From contig CAWBEI010000004.1 of the NCBI GenBank assembly GCA_963787835.1, forward strand, positions 362,918 through 426,917: a stretch of 64,000 nt of DNA. The letters are read 5' to 3'. The DNA comes from Ignavibacteriota bacterium (GTDB lineage: Bacteria > Bacteroidota > Ignavibacteria > Palsa-1295). A model generated the notes under the pieces. That model had not been told where the DNA came from, did no database searches, and worked only from the letters and a program-made list of their open reading frames with translations. Positions 31,902 through 42,430 of this stretch are shown piece by piece. A program made the position numbers and the translations under genes. The stretch's first letter is position 1. Each line of letters begins with the position of its first letter.

Positions 31902-33134
31902 CTAATGTGCGGCCCATTCGATCTTCGTTAGATCGATGCCAGCTTTTGCCATTTCATACAGCGGCGACATCTCGCGCAGGTGCTTCACTGCTTCGACGAC
32001 GTTCGCAACAGTGTAATCGCATTCTTCCTGCGTATTGAACCGCCCGATGCCGAAACGGATGGATGTATGCGCCAAGTCCTCGCCAACGCCGAGGGCCTTC
32101 AGCACATAGCTTGGCTCCAAGCTGGCCGACGTACACGCCGAGCCGCTGGAAACCGCAATATCTTTGATTCCCATCATCAGCGCCTCGCCTTCGACGAAGG
32201 CAAAGCTGACGTTGAGATTGCCCGGGAGGCGCCATTCGGGTTTATCGAGCGGATCGGGGCCGTTGATATAAATTTCATCAAGCTCGGCCTGGAAATCCAT
32301 CCACATTTTGTCGCGAATGGATTGAATGCGTTTGGTATCGCTTTGCATGTCCTCGATGCAAAGTTCCAGCGCCTTGCCAAGTCCGACGATGCCGGGCACG
32401 TTCAGCGTACCGGAGCGCATACCGCGCTCGTGGCCGCCGCCATCCATTTGGGATGCAAGCTTCACACGCGGTGATTTCTTGCGCACGTAGAGCGCGCCCA
32501 CGCCTTTCGGTCCATAAATTTTATGTCCGGAAATTGATGCCAGATCGACGTTCATCTTCTGCACATCGAAGGGAATCTTTCCAATGGATTGCGTGGAATC
32601 CGTATGGAAGATCACGCCCTTTTCGTGGCACAGCTTGCCGATGGATTCCAGATCCTGAATGACGCCGATCTCGTTATTGGCGTGCATGATGGTGACAAGC
32701 ACCGTCTTATCCGTGATCGCATCGCGCAGCATATCGAGATCGACAAAGCCTTCTTTCGTGACCTGCATATAGGTGACGCGGGAACCGCGGCGTTCGAGCG
32801 CTTTGCAGGTGTCGAGCACGGCTTTGTGCTCGGTCGTCAGCGTGATAATGTGATCGCCTTTGGAGGCATACATCTCGGCGATGCCTTTGATGGCGAGATT
32901 ATCGGACTCCGTAGCGCCGCTCGTGAAAACGATCTCTTTCGGATCGGCGCCAATGGAGCGCGCGATGGTTTCGCGCGCCCAGTCAACGGCTTCCTCGGCT
33001 TTCCAGCCGAAGGAATGATTCCTGCTTGCCGCATTACCGAAATATTCGATAAAATACGGCTTCATCGCCTCGAAAACCCGTTCGTCCATTTGGGTCGTGG
33101 CGTTGTTGTCTAAATAAATTGGCAGTTTAACCAT
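31902..33134 (-). CDS. iscS: Cysteine desulfurase IscS
   Basis: [38 protein letters not shown]-terminal IEWAAH; start taken at MVKLPIYLD. Confidence 0.97.
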   Translation of the reverse strand: MVKLPIYLDNNATTQMDERVFEAMKPYFIEYFGNAASRNHSFGWKAEEAVDWARETIARSIGADPKEIVFTSGATESDNLAIKGIAEMYASKGDHIITLTTEHKAVLDTCKALERRGSRVTYMQVTKEGFVDLDMLRDAITDKTVLVTIMHANNEIGVIQDLESIGKLCHEKGVIFHTDSTQSIGKIPFDVQKMNVDLASISGHKIYGPKGVGALYVRKKSPRVKLASQMDGGGHERGMRSGTLNVPGIVGLGKALELCIEDMQSDTKRIQSIRDKMWMDFQAELDEIYINGPDPLDKPEWRLPGNLNVSFAFVEGEALMMGIKDIAVSSGSACTSASLEPSYVLKALGVGEDLAHTSIRFGIGRFNTQEECDYTVANVVEAVKHLREMSPLYEMAKAGIDLTKIEWAAH

Positions 33135-33161
33135 GTTCAAATTTCTAAGATCTTTTTCCAT

Positions 33162-33307
33162 GTCATCCTGAGCGGAGTTCTTCCGACCGGAGGGAGGAAG
33201 AACGGAGTCGAAGGATCTCATGCAGTTTGGCTCACAGGTGAATGACCGGAGATCCTTCGACTTCGCAAGACTCCGCTGTCGCTGCGTCTTGCTTCGCTCA
33301 GGATGAC
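33162..33307 (+). repeat. Family A variant repeat (GTCATCCTGAG...CTCAGGATGAC)
   Basis: Same architecture with compensatory changes in every stem. Confidence 0.88.
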
Positions 33308-33332
33308 ATGTAATAATTCCATTTTTATGCTT

Positions 33333-33725
33333 CTATAATAATTGCGCTATTGTAACCGAATTCAAAACTTGCTCGACTTGCTCTTGCAGTTTGTGCATCG
33401 GGCCTTTGATGGTGCATACGGCTTCGCGCGCGCAGGTTTCTCCGCTGGATGTACACTCAGTGATCGAATTATCTTCTTCAAGCGCATCGATCACACGCGA
33501 AACCGAGATCTGTTGCGGAGCAAGCATCAGCGTGTAGCCGCCTCGAACTCCTTGCTGCGATAGGATCATGCCGTCGCGCTTCAAATCCTGCATGATCTTG
33601 GCTACAAGGTCGTAGGAAATGTTATTCTCATCCGCGATCTCGCGCGCAGTGAGAACATTGCCACTTCGCGCAAGCTGTTGCAGCGCGATGAGACCGTATT
33701 CCACCCGTTTTGAGAGCCGTAGCAT
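33333..33725 (-). CDS. iscR: Rrf2-family regulator IscR
   Basis: LSKRVEYG, G.RGGY.L, three C-terminal Cys; heads the isc operon. Confidence 0.88.
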   Translation of the reverse strand: MLRLSKRVEYGLIALQQLARSGNVLTAREIADENNISYDLVAKIMQDLKRDGMILSQQGVRGGYTLMLAPQQISVSRVIDALEEDNSITECTSSGETCAREAVCTIKGPMHKLQEQVEQVLNSVTIAQLL

Positions 33726-33745
33726 TTCCGGAGGTTAGAAACGCT

Positions 33746-33770
33746 ATACAGGACTAAAAAAGTCCGACAT
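33746..33770. promoter_or_regulatory. IscR/Rrf2 operator
   Basis: ATACAGGACTAAAAAAGTCCGACAT contains GGACT-N5-AGTCC, like type-1 IscR sites, ~20 nt before the iscR ATG. Confidence 0.7.
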
Positions 33771-33805
33771 TCCACGAAAAGTTATTCATCAAATGGATGT
33801 GTGTT

Positions 33806-34393
33806 TTACTGAGTGCTTTGCGATTCTATCTTATGAACCTTCTTTTCAAGAAAGTGCGGCAGGCCATCTGGATAAAAGGCATATTGGTTTAGATAATTAT
33901 AATCCGTGTCCGTGGGGTGGGCAAGGACTATATCGTCATCGGCGAGCCTTCCACCTAAGAAATAACCCAATCCCGCTCCGATCGCAAGTCCGGCGCCAAA
34001 GCCGATGACGAATCTGGAGCGTTCCTGATTGGGCGATGCAGAATCGAGCGCACCCGAAAGGAAAATGCCACCGATCGCGCCGACAAGTCCGCCAAGCACG
34101 GCTCCCCCGCGGTCGTATTTGTCGCCGATAATTGTAATGGTGTCAACCAGGCTATAATCGATAAGCGTGAACGAGGCATCTTCAAATGGCCGGTTGGGAT
34201 CGTTGAGGACAATAAAATCGGTATCTAAGGCAATTAGTCCTCCGGCAGTATGCGTGCCATCTGTCAACGCAACATCCAGCGATGTCATTTTGACAGGCGC
34301 AGGACCGCATGATGGCAGCAAAAGAAGAAAAAGCGACAGTAGGGCAACCGACCTATGTTTTCGGAAAATATTTTGGACCCTTAACGACATCAT
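33806..34393 (-). CDS. Putative lipoprotein with glycine-zipper helices
   Basis: LLLLPSC lipobox-like; GGLVGAIGG and GAGLAIGAGLG; start uncertain. Confidence 0.6.
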   Translation of the reverse strand: MMSLRVQNIFRKHRSVALLSLFLLLLPSCGPAPVKMTSLDVALTDGTHTAGGLIALDTDFIVLNDPNRPFEDASFTLIDYSLVDTITIIGDKYDRGGAVLGGLVGAIGGIFLSGALDSASPNQERSRFVIGFGAGLAIGAGLGYFLGGRLADDDIVLAHPTDTDYNYLNQYAFYPDGLPHFLEKKVHKIESQSTQ

Positions 34394-34580
34394 ACTATAT
34401 AGAATGGGTTTTTGAACATTAGCGAGTGGGGAATCGCTTCTCATTCCGGTTGTTACACTTTGAGCACTCGGAGCGTAAGAAATATTGGTACGTTTATTGA
34501 AAGGTAATTAGGAAATTGGCAATTCGCTCACGTTTCGCGGAATTCATTTGCCACTGAGCGGTATTTGATAGATAAGTATC

Positions 34581-35216
34581 ATGGATAGAGTTCAGGTAGA
34601 AATTTTAGGTATCTCCGCAAACCCCTCAACAAGTGGGGCCTACGCGCTTATTCTCCGCGAAACTGGAGGGCTTCGCCGCATTCCTATTATCATCGGCGGA
34701 TTCGAGGCCCAGGCTATTGCTTTGGAAATGGAGGGCATCAAGCCGCCGCGCCCGCTTACACACGATCTGGTAAAGACGCTCGTCGAAAATTTAGGCGGGA
34801 GGATCACCGAAGTATCCATTCACGAATTGCGGGACGGTACCTTCTTCGCCAGTCTTAAACTTTCCGACGATCAGGAGATCGATGCGCGGCCCAGCGATGC
34901 AATCGCACTGGCGATCCGTTTCGGTGTGCCGATCTGGGTTGCCGAATCGGTGATGACCGAGGCGGGATTCATGCCAGAAGAAGGCGAGGATGATGCGGAA
35001 GAAGGGGACGAAGAGGATGAAAGCGAACTCAGCCTCGCGGAACGGCTCGCCGGAAAATCCGAAGAAAAAGCTCCCAAGAAATCGGCAAAGGCGCTGACGC
35101 CGCTGGACCAGCTCAACCAGCAGCTTTCCGAAGCCATCAAGAAAGAAGAGTACGAACGCGCCGCAAAGTTGCGGGATGATATTCGCAAGCTTGAATTGGA
35201 GATGGTGAAGAAATAA
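34581..35216 (+). CDS. Bifunctional nuclease (DUF151) family protein with C-terminal UVR motif
   Basis: PIIIGGFEAQAIA, PRPLTHDL, DARPSDAIALA, EEYERAAKLRD. Confidence 0.92.
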   Translation: MDRVQVEILGISANPSTSGAYALILRETGGLRRIPIIIGGFEAQAIALEMEGIKPPRPLTHDLVKTLVENLGGRITEVSIHELRDGTFFASLKLSDDQEIDARPSDAIALAIRFGVPIWVAESVMTEAGFMPEEGEDDAEEGDEEDESELSLAERLAGKSEEKAPKKSAKALTPLDQLNQQLSEAIKKEEYERAAKLRDDIRKLELEMVKK

Positions 35217-35219
35217 ATT

Positions 35220-35774
35220 ATGCTGCTAACTGAAACACGAACAGCAACGGTCGAGGATTACGAGCGTCTCCCCGAAGGCGCGCCGTATCAACTTATCGGG
35301 GGAGAACTTATTATGAGTCCCAGTCCCAATCTCTTTCATCAGGATATTCTTTCTACGTTGGTTAGAACACTCGGAGTATTCATCCGGGAGCGCGGACTTG
35401 GTAAACTAATCGTTTCGCCGATGGATCTTCGACTTGGAGACCATGATGTCTATCAGCCCGATCTCTCGTTTGTGAGAAAGGAGAATGTTCCGCTGCTCGA
35501 CAAACATGCGCGGCTCACGGTGATACCCGATCTTGTTATCGAGATTCTTTCGCCATCGACAGCTTACTACGATTTTACCCGGAAGAAGACGATGTATTGC
35601 GAAGCAGGCATTCAGGAATACTGGATCGTCGATCCGGAAGACGAAACCATCGAGATCATGGTGAAGGATGGCCCCTTCTATCGCACCGAAGCGTTGCTTC
35701 GCAAACCCGCGCTTCTTGAATCGGCGTTGTTCCCCGGTTTCAGTGTGAAGCTGGAAGAAATCTTTGCGTTTTAA
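35220..35774 (+). CDS. Uma2-family endonuclease (DUF820)
   Basis: YQLIGGEL.MSPSP...H, QPD, PDLVIEILSPST, GIQEYWIVDP. Confidence 0.93.
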   Translation: MLLTETRTATVEDYERLPEGAPYQLIGGELIMSPSPNLFHQDILSTLVRTLGVFIRERGLGKLIVSPMDLRLGDHDVYQPDLSFVRKENVPLLDKHARLTVIPDLVIEILSPSTAYYDFTRKKTMYCEAGIQEYWIVDPEDETIEIMVKDGPFYRTEALLRKPALLESALFPGFSVKLEEIFAF

Positions 35775-35930
35775 GGCGATCTCCGGGATCAACGGAAAAA
35801 TTGTTCGGCGGTAACTAACTTCCTCATGTGGGGTTCGGGAGCAAGATAGGTCACAAATTTATCCCCATCCGAACCTGTTACCTTTTATCCCGTTGCCGGT
35901 CTTTCTAAAAAGAGAATTCTTCTTTACAGA

Positions 35931-37274
35931 GTGTCGAATACAAAGCATGTGATCCTTGGCGCAGGGCTCGCCGGTCTGAGCGCCGCGTATCATCTCGCCG
36001 AACCCTTCGTCCTGTTCGAAGCGGAGCCGGAGGTAGGAGGCGTTGCGAGATCTTCCCATATAGGCGGATTCACATTCGATCATGCGATTCACGTCCTTTA
36101 TACAAAGGATGTGTATGCCTCGCAACTTATTCGTTCACTCTTAGGTGATAATTTCCGGGCATTGCAGCGTAGTGCATGGATCTACTCGAGCGGGACGATC
36201 ACGCCGTACCCGTATCAGACGAATCTGTTCGGCCTGCCTGCGTCCGTTATTTTTGAAAATCTCATGGGATTGTTCGAAGCTCGCATGGCTCCGGCTGGGC
36301 TCGTGAAAAATTTCGAGGAATGGATCTGTTCAACGTTCGGCAAGGGCTTTGCAGAGCAATTCATGCTGCCGTTCAATCGTAAACTGTGGGCTGCCGATCT
36401 CCAAAAAATGGGATTTCAATGGATCGCCGACCGCGTGCCGCAACCCGATTTTGCGCAAATTCTTGCCGGGGCGCTTGCTTTGGGAACCGACCATTTTGGA
36501 CCCAACGCAACCTTTTGGTATCCGCGCACCGGTGGCATTACCGCACTGGCTTCGAGCTTTCAAAATTTTATTCCACCCGTTCGAACCAATGCCCGCGCAA
36601 TCCGCATCGATAGCAAGAGCCGCTTCATCTATTTCGAGCATGGCAATAGGTGCCATTACAGCAATCTCATCAGCACTATTCCGCTTCCAAGGTTAGTTCA
36701 TATTATAGATGACGTTCCGGATCGCATTCGCGAGCTTGCCGTATCGCTTCGGGCGAACAGAGTGATAACAGTGAATATTGGGATTGATCGAAGCGAAATT
36801 TCGGACAAGCATTGGATCTATTTCCCGGATGCCGATCTGGAATTCCATCGCATCAGTTTTCCGATGAATTTCTCGAACGATCTTGTTCCAGAAGGTACCA
36901 GTTCCATCATGGTAGAGATCTCCGAATCGGATATGAGACCGATCGAACGAAAGGGGCTGATCGCCCGAACCATTCATCAGCTTCGACACATCGGAGTGCT
37001 TCGCGAAGACGATCGCATTCTTTGCTCCGGCATCACGGAAATAGATCCTGCATACGTGATCTACGGTCTCGATCACGATGAAGTGCTAAACGAAATTCAG
37101 CACTATTTAAGGGAACGCGGGATCTTTTCATGCGGGAGGTTCGGGGCATGGCGTTATTTGAATATGGATCATGCTATCCTTAGTGGGAAAGAGGCTGCAG
37201 AATGGGCCATGGCTCGCGGTGAAACAACTGACGTTCGATTCTCCGAGCTATCATTAAAGGAGACTACCGAATAA
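35931..37274 (+). CDS. FAD-dependent oxidoreductase (HemY/UDP-galactopyranose mutase-like)
   Basis: ILGAGLAGLSAA, GRFGAWRYLNMDH. Confidence 0.85.
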   Translation: MSNTKHVILGAGLAGLSAAYHLAEPFVLFEAEPEVGGVARSSHIGGFTFDHAIHVLYTKDVYASQLIRSLLGDNFRALQRSAWIYSSGTITPYPYQTNLFGLPASVIFENLMGLFEARMAPAGLVKNFEEWICSTFGKGFAEQFMLPFNRKLWAADLQKMGFQWIADRVPQPDFAQILAGALALGTDHFGPNATFWYPRTGGITALASSFQNFIPPVRTNARAIRIDSKSRFIYFEHGNRCHYSNLISTIPLPRLVHIIDDVPDRIRELAVSLRANRVITVNIGIDRSEISDKHWIYFPDADLEFHRISFPMNFSNDLVPEGTSSIMVEISESDMRPIERKGLIARTIHQLRHIGVLREDDRILCSGITEIDPAYVIYGLDHDEVLNEIQHYLRERGIFSCGRFGAWRYLNMDHAILSGKEAAEWAMARGETTDVRFSELSLKETTE

Positions 37275-37286
37275 ATAGATAAACGT

Positions 37287-37904
37287 ATGTTCCGATTTTA
37301 TCATACACACGGGAAACGCCTGCTCGATGTTGCGATCGCGGGACTATGCATTCTTATATTATCTCCTCTATTCATCCTGACCGCTATCGCGGTCGCGCTT
37401 ACGAGCCGAGGATCGATTATCTTAGTGCAGCGGCGAGTCGGGTTGGATGGGAAGTTGTTCGGTATGCTAAAATTCCGAACGATGCATGTGCTTGCATCGC
37501 AGCACGTCATTGCGGAGCGCGCGAGCGACCTTGCATCACAAGGAATTCTTCTAAAAGTGGAGCACGATCCGCGTGTCACGCCGGTGGGAAGGATCATTCG
37601 CCGTTTTTCGCTGGATGAACTACCACAATTGTTCAATGTGCTGATGGGGGATATGAGTTTGGTTGGGCCGAGGCCGCTCTTGCCGTTCATGGTCCAGCCA
37701 TATCCGGCACAGAATGCAGAACGTGCCAAGGTCCGGCCTGGGCTCACGGGGCTCTGGCAGATCAGCGCCCGCGGTCAAAGCAGTTCCCTTCTGCAAATGA
37801 TCGACTATGATCTTAGATACTCGGCAAATGTATCCCTTACTAACGATCTGAGGATCATACTTTCGACGCTCCCCGTTGTGCTGCGAGGTGTGGGGGTGAA
37901 ATGA
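37287..37904 (+). CDS. Bacterial sugar transferase (priming phosphoglycosyltransferase)
   Basis: KRLLDV, KFRTM, DPRVT, SLDELPQLFNVL.GDMSLVGPRP. Confidence 0.93.
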   Translation: MFRFYHTHGKRLLDVAIAGLCILILSPLFILTAIAVALTSRGSIILVQRRVGLDGKLFGMLKFRTMHVLASQHVIAERASDLASQGILLKVEHDPRVTPVGRIIRRFSLDELPQLFNVLMGDMSLVGPRPLLPFMVQPYPAQNAERAKVRPGLTGLWQISARGQSSSLLQMIDYDLRYSANVSLTNDLRIILSTLPVVLRGVGVK

Positions 37905-37957
37905 CGATGCTTCGCAACCGAATCGCCGCGAACGAAAAGTAACGCAAATCGTTTCGT

Positions 37958-38917
37958 GTGAGCACTATGAGATCAGCCCAAGTCTTATTGCTTGTTGTCA
38001 TCCTTTTTGGATTCTCTTCTACGCTGTGCGCCCAAACCGTTTTTTCGGATAGCGGGTACTCGACGGTCACTATTTCCACGCATCCCGATACCACCGCGAC
38101 CGATAGTTCCGCAATCGATAGCGCCACGCCCAGAACCCCCATCATCGATCAGATCATAAAGTCGCTTTCCTACCATGTGGAGGAGTTCGGCGCGAACTGG
38201 ATGGACACCGTCCTTCTTATCACTGAAACCAGTACCCAGCATAGCCAATCGAATCTGGAGGGCGAGGATGGAGCGATCGAGCTGACGGGAAGAATATTAC
38301 AACAAGGGAATTTTGGTGACCCGGTGTGGAAGCTGGCGCTTCATTCCAATTTCATCGAGTATGGCATTGATTATTTTAGTGCTACGGATTACGGTTGCTG
38401 CGGTGCCGAAAATGTGAAACGGATCTACCGGTACTCCGATGGAGCATTGCTGCTGACGCTGACCTCCGATGTTGGTGAAGTCTCGATACCGAACTCGCAA
38501 ACGCATCGGTATGTGGGTTATTGGGATCTGACCAACACAGAGGAAGAAAGCGATCTAAAAGATTCCTCGATCATTGGGATATTGACGCTGGTCGATCCGG
38601 AGAACCTGAACCAGCAGCGCATGACCGTGAAATTCAGCGACCCCAAGTCTGCCGAGGAGTTCGGGGTCAACCCGTTCGATACGCTCTCGTTCGGAACGTT
38701 TACCGCGAAGGATAGCCAGAATTACAACGGAGGAAGAACGTTCGATCTCTGGTCGGCGGATGGGAACCGCGACCCCGATGCCTACTCGAATTTCTCCATC
38801 AAGCTAACCTACGAACTGCCCGATGATGGATTCACCACGGTAGAAGTTCCGGTCAGGAACGGCAAGCTTGACATCTCCGGTCTGCGATCGAAATGGTTCA
38901 CATTCGAGTTACGGTGA
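37958..38917 (+). CDS. Exported hypothetical protein
   Basis: Signal peptide ending CAQ; GCCG motif. Confidence 0.7.
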   Translation: MSTMRSAQVLLLVVILFGFSSTLCAQTVFSDSGYSTVTISTHPDTTATDSSAIDSATPRTPIIDQIIKSLSYHVEEFGANWMDTVLLITETSTQHSQSNLEGEDGAIELTGRILQQGNFGDPVWKLALHSNFIEYGIDYFSATDYGCCGAENVKRIYRYSDGALLLTLTSDVGEVSIPNSQTHRYVGYWDLTNTEEESDLKDSSIIGILTLVDPENLNQQRMTVKFSDPKSAEEFGVNPFDTLSFGTFTAKDSQNYNGGRTFDLWSADGNRDPDAYSNFSIKLTYELPDDGFTTVEVPVRNGKLDISGLRSKWFTFELR

Positions 38918-38938
38918 ATCCAACCCAAGCGTGTGCGT

Positions 38939-38981
38939 GGAAGCGCTGCTTCCACGAGCCATTCCGGGAAGCAGCGCTTCC
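38939..38981. repeat. Intergenic inverted repeat
   Basis: GGAAGCGCTGCTTCC...GGAAGCAGCGCTTCC. Confidence 0.7.
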
Positions 38982-39004
38982 CGGCCCACAGTCTGTAATA
39001 TAAC

Positions 39005-39223
39005 ATGAGCAGAGCATTTGTTAAAGAATCCGATGGAGAGTGGCTGGGGGATGTTGCTCCGGAGATCCCCGCGCTGGAACGGTTCCTGACACACGAGAGC
39101 GGCGAGCGAGTTTTTCTCCTACGCACAACGCAGGATACTAAGACCCTGCGCCCGATACACGAAATGAGCAACGGCAATTCCTACGCGCTCGATGGCGATG
39201 CGCGGTGGATGAGCGTGGAGTGA
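39005..39223 (+). CDS. Small hypothetical protein (MSRAFVKE N-terminus as in GreA/B-related proteins)
   Basis: 72 aa, MSRAFVKESD motif. Confidence 0.65.
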   Translation: MSRAFVKESDGEWLGDVAPEIPALERFLTHESGERVFLLRTTQDTKTLRPIHEMSNGNSYALDGDARWMSVE

Positions 39224-39278
39224 GGAGCAATCCCCGCCGACTGTCGAACGTTCTGCGGCATGTGCTGTTAGCAATTGT

Positions 39279-39536
39279 ATGGACGATCCACGAATTGTTG
39301 AACTACTGACCGAAATGCTTCAAGAGCAGAAGGGGATGCGCCAGGAGCTTGGGCAAATACACGAAGAGCAGAGGCGGACGAATGAGCGCCTCGAACGGCT
39401 CGAAAAACAGCAACAAAGGACTAACCTGAAATTGCGGGAGCTTACGCTTTCCAACCAGAAGATTGTGGATGAACTCCGAACCGTCGTGCAATACGGGGAA
39501 CGGATTGTGCGCCTTGAAGCGGCTGTGTTTCACTAA
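39279..39536 (+). CDS. Small coiled-coil protein
   Basis: 85 aa heptad-rich ORF with its own promoter motif. Confidence 0.7.
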   Translation: MDDPRIVELLTEMLQEQKGMRQELGQIHEEQRRTNERLERLEKQQQRTNLKLRELTLSNQKIVDELRTVVQYGERIVRLEAAVFH

Positions 39537-39641
39537 GAGGTTGTGCATGGCCAACCACCCGATACACGAAATGCGCAACGGCAATTCCTATGCGCTTGGG
39601 TGGTGATGGGCGATGGAAGAGCGTGGGGTAGGCGGAGCAGC

Positions 39642-42053
39642 TTAATTATAATGGCGATGAGCAGATACAACGGCTTGTGCAACCTGACGCAAAACTCGTT
39701 CAGAGATAAGTGGGATGCTAGCCAAGTAATCTTCCTGTAAACTCACCAAAGCCTCAATTTCGAGAGAATTTAAGTATCCAAGGAAAGAAACCATTCGCTC
39801 TTCTCGCAGAATCATTCTATTGGATATATTATTTTCGTTTTCAATTGCTGCTGTTAAATCTGCTAATTCTTGCCATTTTTCTTCATCCTCAATTGCTGTA
39901 TCAATCATACATGCTTCGACATAAGGAAAAGAGGCGCTTAAAAATTTAGAATAATAGCCACCATTTCTCGTTAGAAATATTGTAGAATCAGATGTTATTT
40001 GATCCGCAGTAGAATTTCTCACGAGGCCGTTGCTCATTAGTGTGTTCAACACTGATAAAATTTTAGATTCGGAAGCACCCAGGCGGGAGAAGATTGCAAT
40101 GCAATCTTCTGCAGTGACTTCCAAACTTCTTGCCTCGCGAGCATTCTCGTGTAAATATCTAATTAAGTGTAGCCTGAGAAGCCTTAGTTTTCTACTACCA
40201 GCCCTTGAATCAAATACATTGATGCATTCAGCTCTCCTCTCCTTATAATGCATCCACTGCCCTAACATTGTTCCCTTGAAAATTTCCTGGAATGGAAACC
40301 GGTATGTAGCCTGACCATCAATACCAACCTTAATAGCTTTATCGGCATGAATATGGCCCGAAGTTAGAAAATTTCCCATAAGCGTTAAACCCTTGCGGAT
40401 ATTGATGTCGGCCATAGCTTCGATAAACTCACCGGCGGGTCCTTCGAGTGTACTTCGCTGGACAATCTCAAAAAAATCCCCAAGATTGGGTATGTGAAGA
40501 ACTGCGCCATGTTCTAAAGGGATCTTGACTGATTTCTCATTTAGCAGGATTTTTGCAAGCGAAAGACGTTTTGCCAACACGGCTCTCAGTGGTGGTGGGT
40601 CAAGCCAAAGCTTCCTGAACTCGTATGCGTCGAACACAGAGTCATTCTAATGTCTAACAAATGTTCGTTCCCTAATTGAGACTATTACATTTGCATGTAC
40701 CCTTTTTGACAAAGCCAAACCCTCTGCGAAGACGGTAGTTTCAAGCTGCTCCGATTCATAAAGGTCAACATTGTCGAGGACGATAACACATAGATTGTGA
40801 GCGCATAAGTATTTCAAAAGCCTATCGACATATGGTTCAATCTCCTCATATTCCGAACGAATGAATTCTGTTACGTATCTATTGAATTGTTCTTTGTCGT
40901 TGTAGATACCCGCATAAGGACCTCTCGCGAGCGACTTTATTTCTTCTTCATATGCTGGCTCGATAAGGTTCCTATAGTCAGTTGGCGTTTCAGGATGCTC
41001 ACGCTGCAAGTAGTCTAGCAATGCTCTATATATGAATTTTCTCGGTTCTCCCTCACTTCCCATTTGCTCAAAATCAATATATATCCAATGAGTCTCCTGT
41101 TCGCTAAGCAGTTCCCGTCCCGCAACCAACTCGAAATGCTTAAGATAAGTGGACTTTCCTGCGCCTACTGGACCTATTATTAGTGTCAAGGGCGGTGCAT
41201 ATGATGTCGAGGAAGAGCTCACGATTTTCTCTAGCTCATCTGGATGCTGTCCAGTTTTTAATCGACGTGCCGGTGTGATATTGATAGGTTTAACATCTGC
41301 TAAATGCATTCCTAAAATGTTGTCGAACTTTTGTCGTGCCTCGGTTGGCACGAAACAATACTTTAATGTATCTGCATCACTCAGCACTGCTCCTGAGTAT
41401 AATGCACCAGAAAGAGCAGGGGAAATGTGGTCGGCAAGATTGTTCCTATCAATACGCGCATCACTATCCCTAACCTCATCCACTAACCTATTCTCTGGAG
41501 ATTGGGGTGGCTCATTTGTTATCTTTTCAATCGATGCAGATTCCACCGCCTCTTGCCCGATTAAATTGTAAAGCTCTTCAGCATCGCGGCTATTTGAAAA
41601 GGGAAAAAGAAGAATTGCATAGCTATCTTTATTCTTATCTCTAAGGTTATAAAGGCACCAACATACGCCGTTGGTAACTACTACGAATTGAGCTTTTTTC
41701 GAAATTGCATATCCTTCGGCTTGCCCTATTGCTTCGCCAATTGCGCCATCGCGGAGCAGCGAGCCCGATAACTTAAGCTTCCTGCGTGTTGTAGGTGTCG
41801 GGAATGATGCACCTATTCTCTTTGCTTCGACGATTAGTGTGTAATCGCCAGATCGGAGGCAGTAATCAATGCGACCACTCTCAGTTTCCACTTCTATCTC
41901 TATTTGGCCATGCTGCCATCCAAGAACGTCCCGAATAAAGCGATCTATAACATCAAATCTAGTTTGAGCTTCGTTAATCGTAGTTAAATCGCGTGAGCCG
42001 ATAAAAATAGCTATCTCGTCGTAAAGAATAGAAGTGTTACCCCAGTCACCCAT
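39642..42053 (-). pseudogene. HsdR-N (PD-D/ExK) nuclease fused to a P-loop ATPase, interrupted by an in-frame TAG at 40647-40649; putative defence gene
   Basis: NEAQTRFDVID...LGW, GRIDY...IVEAKR; GPVGAGKST; VIVLDNVD. The two ORFs are in frame (CAT TAG AAT GAC TCT GTG). Low GC. Confidence 0.7.
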
Positions 42054-42246
42054 TTTAGTATCGGAATAATTTATCCAAGCAAAGAATCCAAACTCGCTAA
42101 CGAAAATGAAACCATGAGAATTTCAATAAACCAATCGCAAACCTAAGTGAAAGGTTTATGCGAAATTCACATCTATTTATTTATTGCCTAAAGCTCGGAA
42201 ATTGTTTACGAATTTGAGATCATCAGAAATCTGGAATTAGCGCTCC

Positions 42247-42305
42247 GGGAACACGGACGTGCGCAGCGGAGCCTGCCCTGAGCTTGTCGAAGGGTCCCTA
42301 CGGTT
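42247..42305 (+). repeat. 59-bp direct repeat, left copy
   Basis: 58/59 identical to 42873-42931. Confidence 0.92.
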
Positions 42306-42430
42306 ATTGAAACTGCAGCCGATGGTATATGTGCTGGGATGTCGGGCAGGAAGCACGGACCCCCAGTCAAGCTGAGGGCGGGCACTACGCGGTGCTAAAC
42401 GATTTCTACACATACGGCTGTTACACTAAC

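Noticed and set aside
33135-33221. N-terminal extension of IscS, and ORFs 27588-27914 and 30721-31134
   Set aside because: Read-through of palindromic repeats rather than real coding sequence.
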